NCBI RefSeq assembly: GCF_963853765.1
Contig: NC_088861.1
Span: forward strand, 40,796,001 to 40,860,000
Source: Magallana gigas
Taxonomy: Eukaryota
Direction of reading: 5' to 3'
Length of the DNA stretch: 64,000 nucleotides
Shown here: positions 14,701 to 24,214 of the stretch, piece by piece
Layout: every line of letters begins with the position of its first letter
Numbering within the stretch: position 1 is the stretch's first letter
Position numbers and translations under genes: made by a program
Notes under the pieces: generated by a model
The model's input: the letters and a program-made list of their open reading frames with translations, nothing else
What the model was told of the DNA's origin: nothing
The model's database searches: none

Positions 14701-17700
14701 CAACTAAGACCACGTCTTAGAAAATTTATTAACACCGCAATAACCATATAACCGACAAGGGCTCATGTCCCGATGTCGCCAGAAAAAATATGAGTGTTTA
14801 TCACAGTGGGAGCACTATTTATACGGTATGTGACGTCACTTCCAGGTAGGTTTTTAGCTTTTTTGAAGGGCGATCCCGAGCATAATAGCCAGGAAATAAT
14901 GCTACTTGATACTCCGATATGCCGAAGGCTGGATGAAAAGAATGTATCTATAGATTACCTTGGAGAGTACTTTATGCGTGGGACACTCCAGACTCCGGAT
15001 GTCAAAGGGCATGTCTACATACACCTGTACACTACAGCAGGTGTTTCCCACCTGTACTGTATCCCAGTCCTATAACACGGAGTAGACAGTAATACAGACA
15101 TATAACAAAGGGCATGTCTACATACACCTGTACACTACAGCAGGTGTCTCCCACCTGTACTGTATCCCAGTCCTATAACATAGAGTAGACAAAAATACAG
15201 ACATATAACAAAGGGCATGTCTACATACACCTGTACACTACAGCAGGTGTCTCCCACCTGTACTGTATCCCAGTCCTATAACATAGAGTAGACAAAAATA
15301 CAGACATATAACAAAGGGCATGTCTACATACACCTGTACACTACAGCAGGTGTCTCCCACCTGTACTGTGTCCCAGCTCTATGACAAAGAGCAGACAGAC
15401 AGTAAAACAGAAAATTATTTATCAATAATATATAAACAAAGACTATCTCCCCAAAATGGCCACTAGGAAAAATAATGGTTCCACAGTGTTAACACCAAAT
15501 GACCATAAAAATCTATATTTTATGTTCATGAGTTATCAACTGAAATATAGACTAGACATATAGCCAATGGCACTTGTTTTTGATATTCACTGCTTTATTA
15601 AGAACTTGTCTGCTACAATTAAACATTAAACCTTGTCTTTGAATTCTGGTGCGTCAACAAATTTTTGTTTCCATGGTGCCACGCTGCCTGGGAGACGGAA
15701 GTTGATGAGATCACCGTCCACCTGTAGCTCTGTGACATAGGTGATCTTGATGACCACCACAGCCCCCGTGGGGAGGTTCCCCACGCTGACCGTGAACACC
15801 TCCTGTAACAAAGAAAAAGTCCGCCAATTGTTAAATATGTACGTGATAAATTCTAAATCAAGTCTATGAGGAGTAAACTGATATAAATACATCCTGATTC
15901 AACTAGACACTTTTAGTTGAATCAGGATGTATTTATATCTATTCTCTTTTTAAACTTAGCTTTCACAATATCCCAACTAGCTTTTTGAGAAAAATGCAAT
16001 GTTGTTTGACCTTAACCTTGCAATTGCCAATTACTCAAATTACCATGGTTCAAGGTCATGACACAATGACATAAACAACATTAACCTTGGTTCCAAGTAT
16101 GAGTATTTGCTGTTTTAATGGGAATGGACCGATAGACAAACACAAAAACAGGAGAGGATAACTCTTAATACATGTACCTCTTTGTAAATGTATGAGGGGT
16201 ATGGCAGTGAGGAAGCATAAAATAACAATCAATCTCATGACTACGGTCAGATTCATTCAACAAAATCGGTCTCTCTGTCTCTTTTTTTTTTAACCTTTTT
16301 TCAGTTTTACCTTCATGAATGTCTAATATTTTTTTAAGGCATAAAGGAATATGATCATTTACCCCTACCTTCAGAATGTTCACCATACTTACTGCATTAT
16401 CTAACAACTTATTGTTAATCATGCTAAAATGAAATTAAATTTGATTTTAAAAACTGCATCATGTATACCGGTGTTTCTTTGTCCTGGTCCATGAGGTACG
16501 CCCCATGCCCCTCCTGGACGGCCCGCTTGTATTCCCGGTGGGCCGTCTCTTTCTCCTTCACCTCCCCAACGATGTGTTTCCCGTTGATAAACGCCTCAAA
16601 GCCACACACCGCCGCCATTTCATCCAGCGGGAAGACGTACTTAGCCTCCAGGGCCTGGTCACTATTGTTGTGGTACTCTTGTAACACCACCACCTGACAA
16701 CCGAACAAAATACTGATGCAGTACTTGTACTACAAATGTTGATACATCAAAATCAGTATGTGTTTGCCACTTCAATCAAATTTTACTTGTCAATGACCAA
16801 GTTGCATTGATCATGATCATCGATTTCATATTTTAAAAAGACTGTAAAAAGTTAAACACATTTGAAGTTATCATTAATTATTGAATACAATTTTACCCTA
16901 CTGTAGTGTCTGATTGACTGCATGTGTACAAGCATATTAAATGTAATCAATAATCAAAACTTTTCTTAATTAATTTGAGCTGATAAAACTCTGCTAAAAA
17001 ACCCTCAATTAAATGTTTAACACCGCGCTATGTTGCGTATCTCTTTATTTTTAAGGGAATGTTTTAGGAATAGAATGTTTATCAAATCTAAGGGGAGATA
17101 AAATTATGAATTCAAAGTTACTTTTTTCAACTTAAACTGTTTACCTCCCCTGCCAAGTCGATCACTTTAGCTCGGATATGGGCTTCAAGTAGAGTAACAG
17201 GGGTGTTGTCATTAGAAACCAAGCCAGCCTTGACCTTTGTCAATGGGTTTGTGACATCATGTACATCGCTGATGTCTGCAAAATCAACCAGCAAAATATC
17301 TTGAAATTTTATCTATAATAGTTACTGTTCTTAAATTACTGTTTAGTCAAAATAACACAGATGAAAAAAAAAATTTCATATACATTTTCATTTTTTGTTT
17401 ACTTGTATTAATACATTTGTAGGTATACAACTATACATGTATCTAAATTAAGTCCTATTCTCAAATTAAAAACATGAACAGCCAAGTAATTTCTTATTCC
17501 ATGTTATTGTTTTATTATAATTTTATACTAAAAAGGCTTGAATTGGGCATTATGAGTGATTCTCTTTTGTATTTTAAAATATTTTCTATCACTGACCAAT
17601 AATGGTCTCTTCTGGAGTTTCCTCCCTTTCCAAAACCTCTTTTTCAACAGAAATCTCGACAGGAATCTCGCTGCCAATGGTGAACTCAACGAGATAACTC

Positions 17701-20700
17701 AGCATCTGTTGGTCTGTGTTGTACACAACAAACTCATCGTCCTAAAGCCAACATGATGAAAACATTAATTTTGTGAGTTATTATTGATACCAAATTCATA
17801 CCAAGAAACATAATAAAAGTTAAAATCAGTCTTTATCATGATCATAAGTTCATTTTTGATGGTTCAGCATAGTGCAAAAATCACAAAGAAACATATGCAT
17901 GCCGTGAAGTACAAAAACCTGATAAAATTAATACAAAATAATAAAGAGCAATCAAACAAAAATTTTGGTGGTAGAAACATTCATGTCAGGCAAATACATG
18001 TAGCATCAGGGGGCCAGGGCGGCTTTTTTATCACAGCAAACATTTTTTTTTTTTAATTTACATAGAAAAAGTAAATTGAGATGGAGTTGGCCCCCACTTT
18101 TTTGGGAGCATGTAAAAAATTGTATTGAAAGGAAGGAAATTAACAGTGAAATTGCTGTTATATGAAGTTATACGTACGATATGCTCTGAATTTCAAAAAC
18201 TCCCATTATGTTGAGCATTAAATATCAGAAAACTTCATTTTTAACAGATGAATCCCCCCCCCCCCCCAACAGTAAAATCCACTTACATCCCTAAAATCTA
18301 CTGACCTGAAAACTTCATCTCTCCAAAGTGATGTCCACTAAAAAATCTACTCACCTGAAAGTCAGACTCCACCCCCTCTGTGGCAGCCACCCCATGGACG
18401 CTGTGGTAGCCACTGGGTGGTTCTGTAAGGTCCCACTGATGTTTGTACACATCCAGCGTGGTTCCTAGCGCCACCTGGCTGACAAGCATCATCCGTGTGT
18501 TTCTGGTTTTGCTTGGTTTGGAGTATTTTATGCTCGTACTACAAAGTTATGAGAGAAAACATATGGGTCAGGAAATAGACTTTAAAAATGTCATGATCAT
18601 TAATACAGGTGAATTTTGATAACTCTTATCAAACTTCAGGGGACCTTGATGAATCTTTTTTTACTACAAAAAATTGCATAAGTATCTCCTGTCAAATTTA
18701 TGTATCACAACAAAATAACTAGCAAGAAAGCCATCGAAATTTACCATCATCATGACTGTGTGAGTTTTAAGAACGTAATCATTATGATTGAAAACACACC
18801 TTGCGGAGCTTGCAAAATAGATCCCATGTCCCAGCATTCCTGGATCAGTTCTCTTTCCTCCGTAGTCATCGACGACGACCTTTGGCATCAGGAGACCTCT
18901 GTAATATTATATTAACCATAACAACACTATAATTTCTCTCATTACAACAAAAACTGAACATTTTGGACAACCAGGTAATTAACTAGTTTTTACCTGGAGA
19001 GAATTCCAACAAAGTTTTCTGCATTGGAGGCATGAAACAGCAGCCTGGAACTCAGGTCTGAGCGGAAATTCTCACTCTCTGAGGGCCGATGTATGGCATA
19101 TACATTCTGAATTCTCATTTCTTCCCCTCTAAAACATTACATAATCCATAAAACAGATAATTAGAAGATATCCTCAAATGTAATGTTTATGAAGAAAATA
19201 ATGTGTCATCATCATAATTCAGGTTTTATTGTACCATCACTGAGGTCACATGACATCATCAGTGAGGGCATTTCACCAATATTCATGCCAAAATCTCTTT
19301 TTGACTGAGTCGGTGAGTATTTTTAAATTATTTTGAAAGGCTTTACATTTTGAATGATCAGATATCTAAAATCCTGACTCTGATAACACCATCAACGACG
19401 TTGAACTCACTGTTTCAGGTTGAGGATATCTAGGACCTGTCTGGGTAGGCCTCCTGATACGTGGGATATCTGACATCTGAGGGCCTTGTACTGAGCCTCG
19501 GCATTGCCTCGCGTCGACCAATTCGTGGCCTCACTTACTGACACCACGTCCTTGATTAGCTGAAAGGCAACAATATAAAATGTTTAATTGATAATTACAA
19601 AGAGAAGTAGCCTAAGGGTAAATACAGTGTTTAACCAAGTAGTGATAGAAGTCAGATATCTACACTCATATGTCATAAAAAAACAGATTTATTATGACAT
19701 ATTATGAAAATACACATGGATCTTTATCAATTCCTTTGTCCCCTGTAATTTGGAAAAAGAAGTTTGACAGCAATGGAACTTTTAAGTTACAAATGTATTA
19801 CTAAGACGATTCAAAAAATACAGGTCTGGCAGCTTTTCAGTTATTGTTTTGAGAAATTTTTCAACACTGTTGTTTTTTTCAATTAGCCTAGTACCATGAA
19901 CTTGTCTGTACACTATTCTCTGTGTATAAATGTGTTGACATTGCGGTGTATCTGATGAACTGAAATAATGGCATACCTCATGTAAGACATAGTGGTATAC
20001 AAATGTATAATACATGACATGGTGGTATACCTAGCATAATACCATATCTGATATATAGAATACCTGGCATAGTGAAATAGACTCATACCTGAAATAGTGG
20101 CATACCTGAGTGACATAGAGTCATACCTGACATAGGTCGAGTTTCCTGGCCAGCCATGACATGGAGAAGCTGGTTGTCCTGTATTGAGGTCGGTGAGGGA
20201 GGGCCGTGTAGAACTCATCAAACAGAGCCTGGAGTTTGCTGTTGTCTGATTGGCTCTCCTTCATCTGGGTCAAAATGGCTGTAGCCTTCTCAACCTTTGT
20301 GTCAAAATTTAATTTTGAAAGAATTTTATCTAATTTTAGGGAATGCTTACAGGAAAATTGATGAATTTAAGCTTTCAAAATAAACAAATAAGACTTAGTA
20401 TTACATATATCCTCTGAGCTGTAGATCTCTTTATAATAATTATATCATGGATGTCAATAATTGAAATTAAAACTGCATGGTTCTTTTAACCTGCCTTTCC
20501 TATCAACTACAGTAGCATGAGTACTCTTGAAATTATTGCCAGCTGACACAGTATATTTTTTTCTAATACAAATGGCCCTGTAAATTTTGTGCTCACCTGG
20601 TCAAGTTTGATGGACTGTAGTGGACTACTCAGGACTTGCTCGATCTCTCCCCCTGCCTCCCGCCAAATGTGCTGCGTCAACTCTGCCACAGGAGCAGATA

Positions 20701-23700
20701 ACTCTGTCTCTTCCATTCCATACTCCAGTATTAGCTGTTTTATTTGTGATTAAAAAAAAATGTAACATTATGAATATCCTCCAATTCGAGTTGTGTTTGC
20801 AGTACTTTTGAAAAAAAAAGAAAACGTTCAGCAGCTAATCAGAGTTGAGTCAACAATGTTATTAACTATGAATGTAATATAATAGGCTGAATCAAAACTC
20901 GTACCTTCTGGAGCTGTTTGGTTCCAATATTCTGACAGGGAGGTTTGTGACAGACATTCATGCCACTCGGGGGGTCCTTCATCTGTTTATAGAGGGCGCT
21001 GTACACACACAGAGCCTCCTCTGACGTCTGCACGAAGCGGAACTCCTTGCTTCCACATTCTGCTTTATTCTGGGGAATCAAAATACAAAATACATGATTG
21101 TACTTCATTTAACCAGATATTGTTATTTAATTTAAATCTGCCAAGTTGTAAACAGATTAAATCAAAATCTGCATGGGTTTCTTTTACATACATTTTCTAA
21201 TTTTCTACCTCATTGTAATATATATAGCATGAGGATTACAATTTTTAATAATTCAGTAATTTTTTGTATTCTTTGAAAACAATTTGTATGCGCATGGCTT
21301 CAGTAAGTTTCAACAGTATCTATTGTTCCAACACCGCAGTCTCACCTGTAAATCCTCTACACTGCCTCTGTGAGAACAAACACAGAATCTCGGTGTGGCA
21401 TCCTTATTTTCAAGGGCAGTAACTCCTCTAAAAGCACAAATTTCCAGAACTCCAAACTGTGTGGTGTGAGTTTTCTTGTCACCAATCTGTAATCATAGCA
21501 ATGATTAAACATAGGAATGTGACAGTGCTATGTAGTATAATGAAATTAAACTCTTTAAATTTGTAATTATTAACCTTTTATTTAAATGCTGTAAAGCTGA
21601 ATCAGAAAATGTGCATTTATTTAATGATTACTGTAAACGTACTACATTTGGCTGTGTATTCTATTTAGCGCTATTAGCAGAATGCAGCTTCCGTTAAATC
21701 ATTTACAAGTACATTGCCAAATGCCATTCATAAATGTATATGAATAGTCAAATTCAGAAATATGCTAATTCAAATACAAGCCAACTTGTTCAAAAACTAA
21801 TTTCCACCAAATATCGTACAAACCAAATATAATATGATTACAGTATTGTTGAAAAATCCCAGACTCTTGGATAAATATTCACTTCAAATATAATGAACTA
21901 ATCTATACAACTCATCAAATGTACTAGAACATATAAGAACTTAGTCTACAACATATACATTTTTTTCTTCATGTCATTTTTATTAACAGATGTTAATTTA
22001 CCTGAAACATGGCAAACTTTGCAACATCGCTTTCATCGTCAAATGGTGGCATGTTTTTGTCTTTCTCCTTCCATGCTTTCACAGACTTTGGGTTAAAAGT
22101 AAAAAAAGTTTTCCTATTCTTTCCTTTTGGCTTCAACTCAGATTTTTCAGCTTCAAAAGGAAAACAGTTAAATTACTGCATGATCCAGAAAAACGTTGTA
22201 AGATCTGTCACAGATTTCTGTGTTGTCAGTTTTTGAAAGTTTCACAAGATTTATTGCATGATACAGTTTACTGTGGAATCATTAAAATTCGTGGGGGCCA
22301 ATTTTCGTGGATTGTTTAAATTTTACAGGTTTGTGGGGACGTAATTTCGTGTATTTTCGTATACATGCAAGAGGAAGATGACTTTATAGCCCTAATTTAT
22401 TAATTCGTGGGGGATGTTATTTCGTGGATGAGAGGTACCCACAAATTCCACGAAAATTGAGCCACCACGAAATCTAATGATTCCACAGTAATTTTGGTAC
22501 ATGAATGTCAAACATCGGTACAATGTACATTTGTAGATGTATGTACCTGTACGATAGCAATGCGAGTTGAAAGCCTCAACCACCGTTTCTGTATGATTTT
22601 CAAAAATAAGCTTTGCATGATATCATTATTTTGAATTTTTCCCCAAATCCCATCATGTTGAAGATAATAGAGAGGATAAATTGTACATGTACATAAACAT
22701 GCACATGAATGAGATTCCTACTGTATACAGGGTTATTTTCGCCCCATGTAACTTTCGCCCTTTTTACACTTGCAAGCTTTTTCGCCCCGTCTTGAATTCG
22801 CCCAGATGCAGTTGTGTAATCAGAGATATTAATTGCAACATAGAATTCGCCCAGTCTTAAATTTGCCTTCTGACAATGAGGGCGAAAGGGGCAAAAATAA
22901 AACGGGGCAAATATTTCCCTGTATACAGTATTTTATGAAAGTCGGTCCTCAACATGTGATTTTTTTAATAAAAACAATTCAGCACAGGTGCTCTTTTTGA
23001 TTTGACAACAATACAGCAGGGCATGGGTTAATCTTTATTGAATGATTTTCACTTAAAGTGAAATAAAAGTAATGTGTACAATGGTAGAGGGGGGTTACAT
23101 TCTTATTATTATATTAAATATGTGACCCTAGATGAGACCCTGTATTTCACCGACCTTGACTTTTGTCAAAAAGGTCAGGGCCATGACACACCCTCAGGTC
23201 ATGAGCACTCTTTGTCCTCTTTTTGAACTTCTAATGACGTATGATCAAAAATGTAATACAATCTGATTAAAATCAGATCCTCGATCCGCTCCATGTTTTT
23301 TCTATTGTCACTACTCATGTAGCGACAATTAAAAATCAAGGATCTGATTTTAATCAGATTGAATTGTAATACATGTATAGACATACAGAAAGACATGATA
23401 ATTCCTACAAACCCCCAGACTCTGTTTGCTATATACATACTTTATAATTAAGGATAATGATGTTTGTGAAAAAACTGAATTATTTTTTTTTTCAATTTAA
23501 CTTAACCACAACCCCCTTGTAAATTTTTTCAGGTTTGTTAACTTACCTGAAATTTTGCCTGAGCTGAATTCCCGTGCTTTTGTTTTTCCAACCAGAAGGT
23601 AATTGTCTGTGTCCAGTAGCTTCCCTTGACTGATACAGTCAAAAATAAAATCCAGCGAAACCACAGGGATGCAGAACTTTGCTGCCATTTTACATTTATA

Positions 23701-24156
23701 GCTGACGTCTGCTTTCTCTGCATCATTCAGCACAACATGTGTTCTCTAGAGGTATCAAAAAAATCAAAGATTATACAACTTAATCATAATTAAAATAATA
23801 ACAAGCATTCTGGGAAAAATGTATAAGCAATACATGTCCCTAGCTGCTGACAACACCAATTGTCATTTTATGTGCTAAATAGATTTTGAGAGCATTTGAT
23901 CAAAATTTTTTACAGGACGAACTTGACAAGTAAATTATAAAAACAAGTCTTTTAAAATTTCTTTATCATCTGTTGATCTTAAAAAAACGATCTCTTAAAA
24001 AACTCCAACACGATCTTACGTTCTTAATTATAAAGCTAAACAGAAAATTTTAAATCATTTTCTCACACATAATGTAAAAAGTCTGGAAATTGAAGAAGGG
24101 ACATAATGATTTCACTGGTATGGGACTACAACCGAATTTGATAAATGTGTAAATAG

Positions 24157-24214
<58 letters not shown>

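Noticed and set aside
14794-15075. 93-aa + strand ORF MFITVGALF... and its 61-aa twin at 9816-10001
   Set aside because: Chance frames across the DIRS-like ITR; one overlaps the antisense strand of PARP4 exon 16.
15004-15412. 103-bp and 21-bp repeats as CRISPR-like arrays
   Set aside because: Units are contiguous with no unique spacers, there are no cas genes, and the context is eukaryotic.
19484-19512. CTCGGCATTGCCTCG motif resembling the hairpin-element core
   Set aside because: Lies within PARP4 exon 8 with no flanking arms; chance match.
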